Of a DNA stretch of 64,000 nt, positions 34,771 through 45,268 are shown one piece after another. The notes below the pieces were generated by a model that was not told where the DNA came from, did no database searches, and saw nothing but the letters and a program-made list of their open reading frames with translations. Origin of the DNA: an uncultured Chloroflexia bacterium (GTDB lineage Bacteria > Chloroflexota > Anaerolineae > B4-G1 > SLSP01). A program made the translations under genes and the position numbers. The stretch's first letter is position 1, and every line of letters starts with the position of its first letter. The DNA lies in NCBI GenBank assembly GCA_963751345.1, contig CAVVUS010000018.1:256001-320000 (forward strand), given 5' to 3'.

Positions 34771-36654
34771 ATGCCTTTTGGATATCAAGGACAGATCCTG
34801 CATGTGGATCTATCCACGGGACAGATGACGACCGAGCGGCCATCGGATGCCTTTTACCGCACCTATATGGGTGGAAGCGCGATGGGGGCCTACTATCTTC
34901 TGCACCATACGCCGAGTGGGGCCGATCCGCTTGGGCCCGACAACACCCTCAGCCTGATGGTGGGGGTGATGACCGGAGCGCCGATATCGGGGCAGTCACG
35001 GGTGGCCGCCGTCGCGAAATCTCCGGTCAGCGGGCTTGCGGACGAATCCGCTGCCGGTGGTTTTTGGCCGGCGGAGCTCAAGTTCACCGGGTTCGATGGC
35101 ATCGTCATTCGGGGCGTTTCACCCTCCCCTGTATATCTGTGGATCCACGACGGACATGCTGAACTCCGCGACGCTTCGAATCTTATGGGCCAGTTCACGG
35201 CAGATGTCGAGGATAAGTTGCGCTTGGAGCTGGATGATGCTCGGATTCAGGTGCTTCAGTGCGGCCCGGCTGCAGAGAAGGGGGTGCGATATGGCGCCCT
35301 GGTAAACAACGCGAATCGCGTCAACGGGCGCGGTGGCATGGGCACGGTGATGGCCGCCAAGAACCTGAAGGCCGTCGCCGTCCGCGGCCATCGTCGTCCT
35401 GAGCTCGCGGATGCCGATGGGCTGCGAACACTGGCAAAATGGGGCGCACAGCACGTGGACGATTCGGGGGTGGCGGGATTCAAGCGCCTCGGTACCGCAG
35501 CCCTGGTCCTGTCCCAGTCCCTGGCAGGAGGGTTGCCTACCCACAACTGGGAAAGCGGCGTTTTCGAGGGCGCTGAGGCCCTGGGAGGCGAGCGCATGAA
35601 GGAGACGATCCTCAAGGACAGCGACACCTGCTACGGATGCGCGGTACGCTGCAAGCGCGTCGTAGAGATCGATGAAGGGCCGTTCCAGGTAGATCCACGT
35701 TACGGCGGCCCGGAGTATGAGTCGATTGCAGCGCTGGGCTCCTACTGTGGCGTGTCGGATCTCGCAGCCGTGGCGCGGGCCAATCAGCTCTGCAACATGT
35801 ATGGGATGGATACGATCTCCTGTGGCGGCACCATCGCGTGGGCGATGGATTGCTTTGAGCGTGGGCTGTTGACCGAGCAAGACACCGGAGGCATCGCGCT
35901 CCGCTTTGGCGACGCGGAAGCGATGGTCAAGATGGTGGAGATGATCGGCCAGCGACAGGGATTCGGTGAGATCCTCGGCGAAGGCTCAGCGGCGGCTGCC
36001 GACCGCTTGGGGGTGGGGCAGGAGCTAGTTGTGGCGGTGAAGGGACGTGAGTTGCCGGCCCATATGCCTCAGGTCAAGCGCACGATGGCTCTTCTGTATG
36101 CCGTGAATCCTGGTGGCGCTGATCACACCGTCTGCGAACACGACACTTCCTATATGCGTTTCCCGGAGGGAATGGCGGAATTGGGCCTGTTGGATCCGCA
36201 GCCTTCGACGGAACTGAACCCGGAGATGGTGCGCTATGCCGTCTATTCCCAGAATATCATCAGTTGTCTGGACGCGATCTGCCTGTGCAAGTTTGTGTAT
36301 GGACCTGCCTGGCAGCTCTACAGTCTGGACCAATGGGTCACGGCCCTGCGTGCGATCACAGGATGGAACGTCAGCCTGTGGGAGATGATGAAGGTCGGCG
36401 AGCGTCGCCTCGCTCTGTTGCGGGCATTCAACGCCCGTGAGGGTGTGGGGGCAGAGGCCGATACGCTGCCGCATAAGCTGACGGTGCCACTCCGGGGCGG
36501 GCCTTCTGACGGCATAGCCGTTCCCGAGGGGCAATTCGAGGCCGCGAAAGCGCTTTACTACCAGATGGTGGGGTGGGACGTGGACGGGAAGCCCACGCCG
36601 GGCAAGCTCTATGAGTTGGGACTGGGGTGGGTGGTCGAGCTGACGGCCGATTGA
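34771..36654 (+). CDS. Aldehyde:ferredoxin oxidoreductase family (tungstopterin) protein
   Basis: KSPVSG, GRGGMGTVMAAKNLKA, CYGCAVRC, GPEYES and GMDTIS. Confidence 0.93.
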   Translation: MPFGYQGQILHVDLSTGQMTTERPSDAFYRTYMGGSAMGAYYLLHHTPSGADPLGPDNTLSLMVGVMTGAPISGQSRVAAVAKSPVSGLADESAAGGFWPAELKFTGFDGIVIRGVSPSPVYLWIHDGHAELRDASNLMGQFTADVEDKLRLELDDARIQVLQCGPAAEKGVRYGALVNNANRVNGRGGMGTVMAAKNLKAVAVRGHRRPELADADGLRTLAKWGAQHVDDSGVAGFKRLGTAALVLSQSLAGGLPTHNWESGVFEGAEALGGERMKETILKDSDTCYGCAVRCKRVVEIDEGPFQVDPRYGGPEYESIAALGSYCGVSDLAAVARANQLCNMYGMDTISCGGTIAWAMDCFERGLLTEQDTGGIALRFGDAEAMVKMVEMIGQRQGFGEILGEGSAAAADRLGVGQELVVAVKGRELPAHMPQVKRTMALLYAVNPGGADHTVCEHDTSYMRFPEGMAELGLLDPQPSTELNPEMVRYAVYSQNIISCLDAICLCKFVYGPAWQLYSLDQWVTALRAITGWNVSLWEMMKVGERRLALLRAFNAREGVGAEADTLPHKLTVPLRGGPSDGIAVPEGQFEAAKALYYQMVGWDVDGKPTPGKLYELGLGWVVELTAD

Positions 36655-36731
36655 GAAGGGCTGAGCCTCGTACACTGCCGCGTCTGCGGTGTCACGTACG
36701 AAGCCCAGCGACCCGCTCGTCTTTTGCGGTC

Positions 36732-37631
36732 TTACGACCGCAGCGTGGCCAACACCTCCCGGAGCTTTTCCCGCTGTTCGGGAGCCATCGGCCCTACCGG
36801 TGCGCGTGCGGGTCCCGCGGGTATGCCCAGGATCGTCAGTGCTTCCTTGACCACGACCGGGAAAGTGCCGAGGGTGAAGGCTTGCCGTAGCGGTGCGAGC
36901 TTCTGTTGCGCCGCGAGCGCTTCCGCCAGTTTTCCTTCCTGAAATGCACGGTAGATCGCCACGACGAGCTCCGGCGCGGCGTTTGCCGTGGCGGTGATGG
37001 ACCCCTGGGCGCCGTGCATCAGCCCGGCATAGATGAGGGTGTCGCGTCCGAGGAGGATGGCGAAATCATCGCCGGTAGCCTCGATGTAGGCCATCGTCAG
37101 GCTCAGGTCGCCGCTGGAGTCCTTGACGCCGATGATGTTCGGGTGCTCGGCAAGCCGTGCGACGAGATCGACCGACAGGCTGAGCCCGCCGGTTCGTCCA
37201 GGATTACTGTAGAGGATCACGGGCACGGTGGTCGCGTCTGCGATCCTCGTGTAGTGGTCGTAGAGCTCGCCCTGCGTTGGGTTGATGAAGTAGGGTGTGA
37301 TAACGGACACGGCGTCGACGCCTACGCGCTCGGCCAGGTGGTTGAGCGCGATCACCTCGCGTGTTGTGACGCCGCCCGTGCCGGCATAGACGGGGACCTG
37401 TCCGTCGGTTTCCTCGACAACTACGTCCCAGATACGCTGGCGCTCACCTGGCGTGAGCGCGTAGAACTCCCCCTGACTCCCCGTCGGGAAGAGGCCGTGT
37501 ACGCCGCCGTCGATGAGGAAGCGGGTCAATTGACGCAGCGCGTCCACGTTCAGGCTCTCGTCATCGTGGAAGGGTGTCGCCATCGCCGGGATGATGCCTC
37601 GCGGAAGCACTGTGGCCTGTTGGGTTGTCAT
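36732..37631 (-). CDS. DapA/NAL family class I aldolase
   Basis: PAMATPF, GSQGE (not GTTGE), YSNPGRTG and the Schiff-base GVKDS; start ATG 37631. Confidence 0.88.
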   Translation of the reverse strand: MTTQQATVLPRGIIPAMATPFHDDESLNVDALRQLTRFLIDGGVHGLFPTGSQGEFYALTPGERQRIWDVVVEETDGQVPVYAGTGGVTTREVIALNHLAERVGVDAVSVITPYFINPTQGELYDHYTRIADATTVPVILYSNPGRTGGLSLSVDLVARLAEHPNIIGVKDSSGDLSLTMAYIEATGDDFAILLGRDTLIYAGLMHGAQGSITATANAAPELVVAIYRAFQEGKLAEALAAQQKLAPLRQAFTLGTFPVVVKEALTILGIPAGPARAPVGPMAPEQREKLREVLATLRS

Positions 37632-37757
37632 TGGTGTTTGTCCTTTACTACGTCCGTTGTTTCTTGTTCCCTCTATTGTACTGTCATGACTGAGGCACGC
37701 CATCGTGGCAATGCCTCACATCCGGTGTATGATTCGTGCCAAGGAGACTGTAGACCT

Positions 37758-38522
37758 ATGAAAAATGATGTAAAGGCCAAGTTGTCACGGGGTGAACCAT
37801 CGGTGGGGACGTGGACGATGATCGGCCATCCCGTGGTTGCGGAGATACTGGCGCAAGCCGGATTCGACTGGGTAGTTCTTGATGTGGAACACGGCGTGAT
37901 GGATTGGCCGCGTGTCTTGGGCCAGGTGCAGGCGGTTCAGGGACAGGGCTGTGCCGCGATCTGCCGGATTCCTGTGAACGCACCGGAGCACTTCAAGTGG
38001 GCGCTCGACTCGGGTGCCGAGGGCGTGATGGTCCCGATGGTTCGGACGGCTGAGGATGCCCGTCAGGCCGTCAGCTTTGCGAAGTACCCTCCGGATGGGA
38101 TCCGCGGCGTCGGCGTGTGTCGTGCCCACGGATATGGTGCGACGTTCCAATCTTATGTGGAGCATGCGAACGACGAGACGCTCGTGATCCTGCAGATCGA
38201 GCACATCGATGCCGTTAACAACATCGACGAAATCTGTGCGGTTTCGGGGATAGACGCCGTCTTCATCGGCCCCTACGATCTCTCCGGTACGATGGGGCTG
38301 ATGGGACAGGTTCATCATCCGGAAGTCGAGGCCGCGGTGAAGCGTGTCTGTGATGCGGCACGAGTGGCGGACATCGCGGTAGGATTGCTCATTGCAGAAC
38401 CACGTCCCGGAGAGCTGGCGCAGCGGATTGCCGAGGGATTCCACTTCATCTCGGTAGGGCTGGATACGCTGCTGCTCGTCCGGGGCGCTCAGGCGTTGCG
38501 CGCGCAGTGGCAGAACGTCTGA
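37758..38522 (+). CDS. HpcH/HpaI family class II aldolase (GarL/RhmA-like)
   Basis: GFDWVVLDVEHG, KYPPDGIRG, QIEH and FIGPYDLS; AAGGAG RBS before ATG 37758. Confidence 0.9.
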   Translation: MKNDVKAKLSRGEPSVGTWTMIGHPVVAEILAQAGFDWVVLDVEHGVMDWPRVLGQVQAVQGQGCAAICRIPVNAPEHFKWALDSGAEGVMVPMVRTAEDARQAVSFAKYPPDGIRGVGVCRAHGYGATFQSYVEHANDETLVILQIEHIDAVNNIDEICAVSGIDAVFIGPYDLSGTMGLMGQVHHPEVEAAVKRVCDAARVADIAVGLLIAEPRPGELAQRIAEGFHFISVGLDTLLLVRGAQALRAQWQNV

Positions 38523-38572
38523 CCCCATCCACTCTTGCCTCGATGCTAGAGCCGGGTTAGAGGAGATAGCCG

Positions 38573-39019
38573 ATGTGGCTAGTGATACTGGCTTTTGTGG
38601 TGTTTGTCGGCATCGTCACGCTGACGGTTTTCTTTCTTAATCGAGGGCTCTCTTCCTATGTTCAGCATCACATCGCAGGGAGACTCGAGGCCATCGACCA
38701 GATCGTCAATGAGGAGCGCGTGCCCGAGGCTTGGTTGCATTCTTATCGCCAGCGTGCACGTAAGTTAAGAGCCGCCGGCGCGACGGAGCAGCAGCTCGCC
38801 GCACTGTCACGTCGCGCGCGCAAGCAGTGCCTCGTCAACATCCGGGAACTCATCCGGTACACCGAGGACGTCAAGTTCACCGATAATGAAGAGACCAGGC
38901 ACTTCATGCTGGGGGAGCTGCGCAGGCAGGAGAGCCGTTGGCAGGACAATGCCGTGTGGTCTGGTTTGGTGGATTTCTCCTCAGAGGCGGAGGCGACGCC
39001 TGAAGCCGCCGAGAGCTGA
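38573..39019 (+). CDS. Hypothetical protein with N-terminal TM anchor
   Basis: 148-aa ORF, GAGGAG RBS, hydrophobic N-terminus. Confidence 0.7.
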   Translation: MWLVILAFVVFVGIVTLTVFFLNRGLSSYVQHHIAGRLEAIDQIVNEERVPEAWLHSYRQRARKLRAAGATEQQLAALSRRARKQCLVNIRELIRYTEDVKFTDNEETRHFMLGELRRQESRWQDNAVWSGLVDFSSEAEATPEAAES

Positions 39020-39116
39020 GACCGGGCCACGCGTGGCACAGGGGTCCCCCCATCGGCATGATGCCGGTGATGGCTCACTCAGACACGACGACAACCTGAT
39101 ATGGAGGACAGAATAG

Positions 39117-40356
39117 GTGAAGGAGATCAGACTCAGCGCTTCTGATGTCACGTCGGCGGCAGCGCTTCAGCAGGCTATAGATGGTTTGGGTGAGGAGGGT
39201 GGGCGTCTTGTCTTGCCCGCGATGGATCTGGAGCTGGATCGCGGCATTGAGCTCCGGTCCAACGTAGAGTTGGTGGGACAAGGACGTGACACCGTGCTGC
39301 GAAAGGCACAGGGACGTGTCTACCCGCTCTCCGGATACCATAACTATGGCATGCTGGATGTGCCTCTGACGTTCACCGATGGCCTCGCGCCGGGGATGAC
39401 CGTTGCCATCCGGGACGATCGCCATGGTGGGTTCTTTGAGACTTTCGCCCGGATCACGTGGATCGACGGCACGTGGGTCGGCATCGATCGGGGGCTGCAC
39501 TCAGATTACGACGCAGGGCTCAACCCCGTGTTGGTGACTGCCTTTCCTCTGATCTTCGGCCTGGGTGTGGAGAATGTGGCGATACGCGGGTTGACCCTCG
39601 ACGGCAACCGTAGTGCGCAACCCGCCGGGATTGGTGCGTGTCGGGGTGCGGCGGTCTATTTCCTTCAAAGTCACAGCGTGAAGATCGTCGATGTCGATGA
39701 GGCCGACTTTGCCGGCGAAGGTATAGGCTATCAAATGTGCAGCCAGGTACACCTGCGCCATTGCAGCGTTAGTGGCAATGCGGGTAACGGATTCCATCCC
39801 GGCGCAGGCAGTACCGGGTCGAGCTATGAGCACTGCGTCGCCGACGGCAACGGTGCTTCCGGCTTCTTCTTCTGCGTGCGTGCCAATCACATCTCGGTGC
39901 GGAACTGTCGGTTTGAGAATAACGCGGGCCCAGGCATTTCCGTCGGCACACGTGATAGCCATAACTTGATTGATGCCTGCACGATACGGTACAACGCGGA
40001 GCCGGGTATCCTCTTCCGAGAGACGCGGCGTCCGGCAGAGATGCACGCTTGTCGCGTCAGGTACTGCGATATCGAGGACAATGCCCGCGCCGGCGGGTTG
40101 GGGCAGATTGCCATCCTGGGCGACGCTCACGATCTTGCTTTCGAGCAAAACACCATCGTTGGGGGGCGAGGAGGGGAACCGCGCCGGCATATGGGTCTCA
40201 CCGACGGCGACGGACATATGGCTGGCGGGCAACCAAATCGTTGACAGCTTTCCGGACGTGGTCGCCGATGCAACCTGCTTGGCTCCGGCAGACCCCGTCG
40301 TTGAGTGTGGTGTGGACGACGTAGAACTCTCTCACTACCGGCATCTGGGAAGATAA
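39117..40356 (+). CDS. Right-handed parallel beta-helix protein (pectate lyase-like); indel near 40165
   Basis: ALQQAID...GG.LVLP start, LTLDGN and repeated N-x-G-x-G-I turns; C-terminus continues in ORF 39970-40356. Confidence 0.8.
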
Positions 40357-40371
40357 GCAGGAGGCGACGGT

Positions 40372-41431
40372 ATGTCGTTCGAGGATGGATGGGCAGCGAT
40401 CAACCTTGAGATGCCCGCACGCGTGCCACATACGGAATATTCGGTCACCGAGCACTGGGGCGTAATCGAGGCTGTGACCGGGTTGGAGATTCGGCCGGAT
40501 AGCCCTGCCGAGCTCAAGACACGCGGGGCGTTAGCGCTGATGCGGGCGTGGAACTTCGACTTCCGATGGTCGACTTTGATCAGCGAGGGGGAGCTTGCGG
40601 CATGCTCGACCGATATGGGCCATGCCGAATACTCAGCCGGCGGCGTGGATAGGCGGGACACGATCCATTGTCCCTTCGATACCCCTGAGGAGGTGCTTGA
40701 CTTCGATCCGTGGGAGACTTACGGTCCCCAGGATGAGGTTGAGTTGATTCACAGGTTCGAGCAGAGCTATCAACAGCAGCGGGCGGAGACGCCCGAGATG
40801 GTGACGATGACGGGGATCTATATCACCGTGATCTCCGGCCTTATCGCTATGTTCGGATGGGAGATGCTATTGTTGGCGGCTGGGGTGGATCCCAAACGGT
40901 TCGGCGAGGTGACAACCCGCTATGCCTCGTGGATTCAGCAGTATTACAATGCCCTGGGCAAAGCCGATGTGCCCGTCGTGATGGTGCACGATGATATTGT
41001 CTGGAGCGCCGGGCCGTTCATCTCACCCAGTTGGTATCGCGAATACGTCTTTCCCAACTACAAGAAGCTCTTCGCTCCCCTGCACGACTCGGGGAAGAAG
41101 ATCATGTATACGTCAGACGGCAACTACACCCGTTTTATCGACGACATCGCGGCTTGTGGCGTCCACGGCTTTGTGCTGGAGCCCTGGACCGACATGCGGC
41201 AGCTCGCCGATGCTCTATGGAGACACCCACGTCTTCATCGGGAATGCGGATACGCGTATCTTGCTCCGCGGCAAGCGGGAGGAGATCCGGGCCGAGGTGG
41301 AGCGTTGTATGGCCATTGGAAAGCCATACCCCGGCTTCTTTCTGGCGGTCGGCAACCACATCCCACCCAACACGCCCGTGGAGAGCGTGCTCTATTACAA
41401 TGAGGTCTACGAGGAGCTCAGCCGGCGGTAA
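40372..41431 (+). CDS. Uroporphyrinogen decarboxylase/MtaA-like TIM-barrel protein; indel near 41213
   Basis: GWEMLL, HDDI, FISPSWYREYVFP, SDGN, FIGNAD and GFFLAVGNHIPPNTP. Confidence 0.82.
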
Positions 41432-41458
41432 GGGCCTACCGAGCCGAGCGGGCTTCCT

Positions 41459-42598
41459 CTACGTTTTCAGCAGGGCTTCCATCACTTTGCTTGCCTGCTG
41501 CGCTGCCTTTGCCCATGAGAAGCGTGATAGGTTGAGGTAGCCGCGCTTCACGAGCTCCGAGCGGAGCTCCGTGTCCTCCAGAAGGCGACGAAGCCCATCC
41601 GCTATCGCCTCGACGTCCTCCGGACTGACCAGCAGTCCCCCTTCGCCCGCGACCTCCGGCAAGCTGGAGGTGGTGCTCGCCAACAAGGGCGTGCCACAGG
41701 CCTGGGCCTCCAGGATGGGGAAACCGAACCCCTCATAGAGCGAGGGATAAGCGAAGAGTTGTGCACCCGAGATGAGTGCCGCCTTGTCCTCGATGGCGAT
41801 ATAGCCCGGAAAGCGCACCCTGTCGCGCAGTCCCAGTGCTTCTGCCCGTGCGATGATCGGCTCGGCGAGCCAGCCGCTTGGCCCCGCGAGGACCAGGGTC
41901 AGATCCGCATAGGCAGGAGCGAGGGCGGCGAATGCCTCGATCAGGCGGGCCAGATTCTTGCGTGGTTGGATTCTGCCGACGAAGAGGATGTATCTGCCCG
42001 AGATGCCGTATCGCTCTCTGACACGATCGAGAACGCCTCGATCCCGCACGGGCTGCAGATCGGGCTGATAGCCGGGGTAGAGCACCGAGATCTTCTCGGG
42101 CGGCGTTCCATAGGCTTCGACAATGGCCTCGCGCGTTGCGGATGAATCCGCCAGGACGTGCGACGCCCGCCGGACATTCCACCGTGTGCTCATCTCCAAG
42201 TAGCGCCGCTGCGCTGCGGGATGTGCCTCAGGAAAGAACCGGTAGCCGAGATCGTGGACGGTGACGAGCGTGCGCCGGGGTCGCACAAGCGGCAGGACGT
42301 GCGCCGGCACAAAGAGCAGGTCCGGTGGATGGCGTACCATCTCCCAGGAGAGCCGCGCGTGCGTCCACAGACGAGGAAAAGGGATCGTGCGAACGTCAGC
42401 CCCGTCCCCCCACCGGTCGAGACTACCGGTTTCAGGTGCCGGCGGTTCGCGAAGATAGAGTCGGACCCGATGACGCTCAGAGAGCAGGGGTAGCAGCTCC
42501 CGAATCAGGTGATACGAGTAGGCCTCGGTGCCCGTCGGCGCCGCGCTGAAAGCGCGACTCGCGTCAATCCCGATCACGCTCACGGATATGCGGTGCAC
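41459..42598 (-). CDS. Glycosyltransferase family 4
   Basis: TGTEAY, VTVHDL, VGRIQPRKN and PSLYEGFGFPILEAQACG; exact start uncertain. Confidence 0.92.
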   Translation of the reverse strand: MHRISVSVIGIDASRAFSAAPTGTEAYSYHLIRELLPLLSERHRVRLYLREPPAPETGSLDRWGDGADVRTIPFPRLWTHARLSWEMVRHPPDLLFVPAHVLPLVRPRRTLVTVHDLGYRFFPEAHPAAQRRYLEMSTRWNVRRASHVLADSSATREAIVEAYGTPPEKISVLYPGYQPDLQPVRDRGVLDRVRERYGISGRYILFVGRIQPRKNLARLIEAFAALAPAYADLTLVLAGPSGWLAEPIIARAEALGLRDRVRFPGYIAIEDKAALISGAQLFAYPSLYEGFGFPILEAQACGTPLLASTTSSLPEVAGEGGLLVSPEDVEAIADGLRRLLEDTELRSELVKRGYLNLSRFSWAKAAQQASKVMEALLKT

Positions 42599-42610
42599 GC
42601 CGCGTGAATG

Positions 42611-43804
42611 CTAGGGGATGACGGTCTGGATCAGGGGAATGGGAACCAAGATCAGAATGAAGATGGCGACCATCACCCAGCCCAGAATCTTGCGCTTCCG
42701 ATCCAGCGGCGTCACGTCATTGAGGGGCGCCGGATGACGTGGGCCGACCAGGAGGCCGAGCCCTCCCCAGACCAGCCAGGTAACGCCTGCCTGATTCCCG
42801 ATGAACAGGAGCAGCAGGCCCCAGGCAAAGGCAAGGCCGACGAAGGCACGCGCCAACGTCCATGCCTTCCGGCCCCACATCGCATAGGCCACGTGTCCGC
42901 CATCGAACTGGCCAATAGGAAAGAGGTTAAGCGCGGTGACCAGGAGCCCTGCCCAGGCCGCAAACGCAATGGAACCGCCGCGGCTCGGGGGCGAGAGCCA
43001 TACATCCTCACCGGTCTGCGGATTGGGAAGCAGGCGCCCGAAGATGGCATACTTCGCCGCGAGGTAGAGGATCGAGTTGCCCTCTTGCATGACCGGTACA
43101 GGCTGGCCCACAGGAAGATCGCTGAACTCACGGGGCGTTCCGGCGTAAGAGAAGGCAAGGCCGATGAAAAGCAACGGCACCGCGAGGATCAGTCCGCCCA
43201 AGGGCCCGGCTACACCGATATCAAAAAGGGCCTTCCGACTGCGCATCGGCCCACGCTGCACGATGACGGCGCCCATCGTTCCGAGAATGCTCAATGGGAG
43301 CGGCACAAAGTAGGGTAGGCTAGTAGGAGAGCCGTAGGATCGTCCAACGAAGTAGTGGCTCAACTCGTGTGCTGTCAGGATGCCCATAATCGTAGCGGCG
43401 AAGGCCCAGCCGCGCCAGATCTCGAGCGGATGGGCGAACACGTCGACGTTCTCGCGAAGCGCACCAAGTAACAAGACGGACAGGATCGTCAAGACAAAGA
43501 GGACCACGTTGAGCCAGGCTTTTCCGGTCTTGTGGTCTGCGACGGCGGGCAGCGCCTGAATCACTTGCAGGCTGTCTTCCTGGGTGAGCAGCGGTGTGTA
43601 ACCTAGGCGCTCAAATCGGCTGACGATAGTGTCAAAAGCGCGCTCCTCGTCGCCTCCGGCAAAGTGACCGCCAAAGCGCACCACGGGGCGGACTTTGTTG
43701 TCCAGGACGGTGATATCCTCGACGATCACCAAACCGTCGAGGGCTTGCCGCAGTTGGTGAACGACGAGCTGTTCTTGGGTGGACTCGCGATCAGTATTTT
43801 GCAT
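42611..43804 (-). CDS. Site-2 protease family (M50) membrane metalloprotease
   Basis: HELSH, GTMGA, IGVAGP and LNLFPIGQFDGGH; ATG 43804 lies just downstream of TGnTATACT. Confidence 0.9.
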   Translation of the reverse strand: MQNTDRESTQEQLVVHQLRQALDGLVIVEDITVLDNKVRPVVRFGGHFAGGDEERAFDTIVSRFERLGYTPLLTQEDSLQVIQALPAVADHKTGKAWLNVVLFVLTILSVLLLGALRENVDVFAHPLEIWRGWAFAATIMGILTAHELSHYFVGRSYGSPTSLPYFVPLPLSILGTMGAVIVQRGPMRSRKALFDIGVAGPLGGLILAVPLLFIGLAFSYAGTPREFSDLPVGQPVPVMQEGNSILYLAAKYAIFGRLLPNPQTGEDVWLSPPSRGGSIAFAAWAGLLVTALNLFPIGQFDGGHVAYAMWGRKAWTLARAFVGLAFAWGLLLLFIGNQAGVTWLVWGGLGLLVGPRHPAPLNDVTPLDRKRKILGWVMVAIFILILVPIPLIQTVIP

Positions 43805-43820
43805 AGGGCCAGTATAGCAC

Positions 43821-43846
43821 AAAGCCCTCTGGTTTCCCAGAGGGCT
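43821..43846 (-). terminator. Intrinsic terminator of the rplJL transcript
   Basis: AGCCCTCTGG-gaaa-CCAGAGGGCT followed by TTGT on the minus strand. Confidence 0.65.
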
Positions 43847-43852
43847 AAGCGC

Positions 43853-43913
43853 TGCGAAGGTGGCCCTGGGCAAGGCTCAGACCTGAGCTTTGCTCAGCGC
43901 CCGAACCTTCGCA
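43853..43913. repeat. 61-bp nested inverted repeat (REP-like)
   Basis: TGCGAAGGT...ACCTTCGCA outer arms; inner CTGGGCAAGGCTCAG-ac-CTGAGCTTTGCTCAG. Confidence 0.65.
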
Positions 43914-43935
43914 AGGATATCGAGTGTGAACCGTG

Positions 43936-44316
43936 CTACTTGACGTCGACCTTGGCCCCAGCCTCTTCCAGCTTGGCCTTGGCGTCCGCGGCGACTTCCT
44001 TGCCCACGGCCTCGAGGATGTTGGCGGGCGCGCTCTCGACCAGATCCTTGGCCTCTTTCAGGCCCAGGTTGGTGAGCTGGCGAACGACCTTAATGACGTT
44101 GATCTTCTTCGGTCCAAAGTCCGCGAGGACAACGTTGAACTCGGTCTGCTCTTCCTCTTCCTCAGCCTCGGCGGCAGCGGCGGGCATCGCACCCATCATG
44201 GCGACGGGAGCTGCAGCACTCACACCAAGCTTGTCCTCGAGCATCTTGACCAGTTCAGAAGCCTCGATCAGCGTCAGGGCGCTGATCTCCTCTACGAGTT
44301 TATCCAGATCTGCCAT
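43936..44316 (-). CDS. rplL: 50S ribosomal protein bL12
   Basis: [21 protein letters not shown] and [11 protein letters not shown]; GGAGG RBS; ATG 44316. Confidence 0.97.
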   Translation of the reverse strand: MADLDKLVEEISALTLIEASELVKMLEDKLGVSAAAPVAMMGAMPAAAAEAEEEEEQTEFNVVLADFGPKKINVIKVVRQLTNLGLKEAKDLVESAPANILEAVGKEVAADAKAKLEEAGAKVDVK

Positions 44317-44425
44317 TGCTATGAAACCTCCGGTTATGTTTCGTGACAACTCCGCTCTTCCCAAGCGTTCGCTTCACGATGAATGACTACTTGATTCTCG
44401 GATACCTACTGAACGCTGGTGAGCG

Positions 44426-45019
44426 TTAGGCGACCGCTTCTGCGGCCTCAACTGCCGTCTCTTCGGCCTCGACTGCTTTGCCACCACCGGCCTCTTCCAG
44501 CTTGTCAGCGTAAGCCTTAACCACATTGAGTATCTGGCGGATGCCACCGGCAACCACGCCAGCCATCTGCGTCGCCGGGGCGTTGATGGTCCGCAGGACC
44601 TGCGACAGCAACTCTTCGCGTGTCGGCAGATTGGCGACCGTCGCCACTTCCTTCGCACCAAAGGCATGTCCTTCGATCAGGCCGCCCTTGACGACGAAGC
44701 GACCTTCCTCGTAACCCTGAGCGATCTCACGGAACAGCTTCACCAGGGAAGGCACGTCCTTGTGAGCGAATGCCACCAGTGTAGGCCCCCCGAGGAGCCC
44801 CTTCGGCACCGTGATCTTGACCTCATCCAGCACCAGGTCGAACAAGGTATTCTTGACGACGAATACTTCGCCTTCCTGTTGACGGGTCCTGTGGCGGAGG
44901 TCCTGCATCTGAGCCACGCTCAGTGCTGTATATTCCGCCATGACGAATCCTCGGCTCTCGGCGATTTGCTGGCGATACTGATCCAGCAATTCCTCTTTAC
45001 GGGCGCGTGAAATAGCCAA
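44426..45019 (-). CDS. rplJ: 50S ribosomal protein uL10
   Basis: VVKNTL, GPT and LPTREELL; TTG start after AGGAGGT. Confidence 0.96.
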   Translation of the reverse strand: MAISRARKEELLDQYRQQIAESRGFVMAEYTALSVAQMQDLRHRTRQQEGEVFVVKNTLFDLVLDEVKITVPKGLLGGPTLVAFAHKDVPSLVKLFREIAQGYEEGRFVVKGGLIEGHAFGAKEVATVANLPTREELLSQVLRTINAPATQMAGVVAGGIRQILNVVKAYADKLEEAGGGKAVEAEETAVEAAEAVA

Positions 45020-45073
45020 CCTTTCTCACCTCCTTCTAGGATGCTAACTGTTACCTTCGTCAGCAGATACCAC

Positions 45074-45236
45074 AAAAAAAGTCCTTGCGCCTACCGACGC
45101 AAGGACTCAGGAGAGCAAGCTCCGGCGCATATGCACCGGGTGCGCTTGTTAGTTTCCCCAGATCCTGCCTCGGCGGGTAAGATTAAGCCCTACGCGAACG
45201 CAGTTCGCGCGTGCACCTGCTGTCTTAGGCGGACAG
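45074..45236 (-). promoter_or_regulatory. L10 leader (autogenous control element) with attenuator terminator
   Basis: CCTAAGACAGCAGG...GCTTAA...CCGCCGAGG core; hairpin AGTCCTTGCG...CGCAAGGAC plus a T7 run at 45074-45107. Confidence 0.8.
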
Positions 45237-45268
45237 GTTCAGACCTACTGTAATCTAAGCTACTTTGT

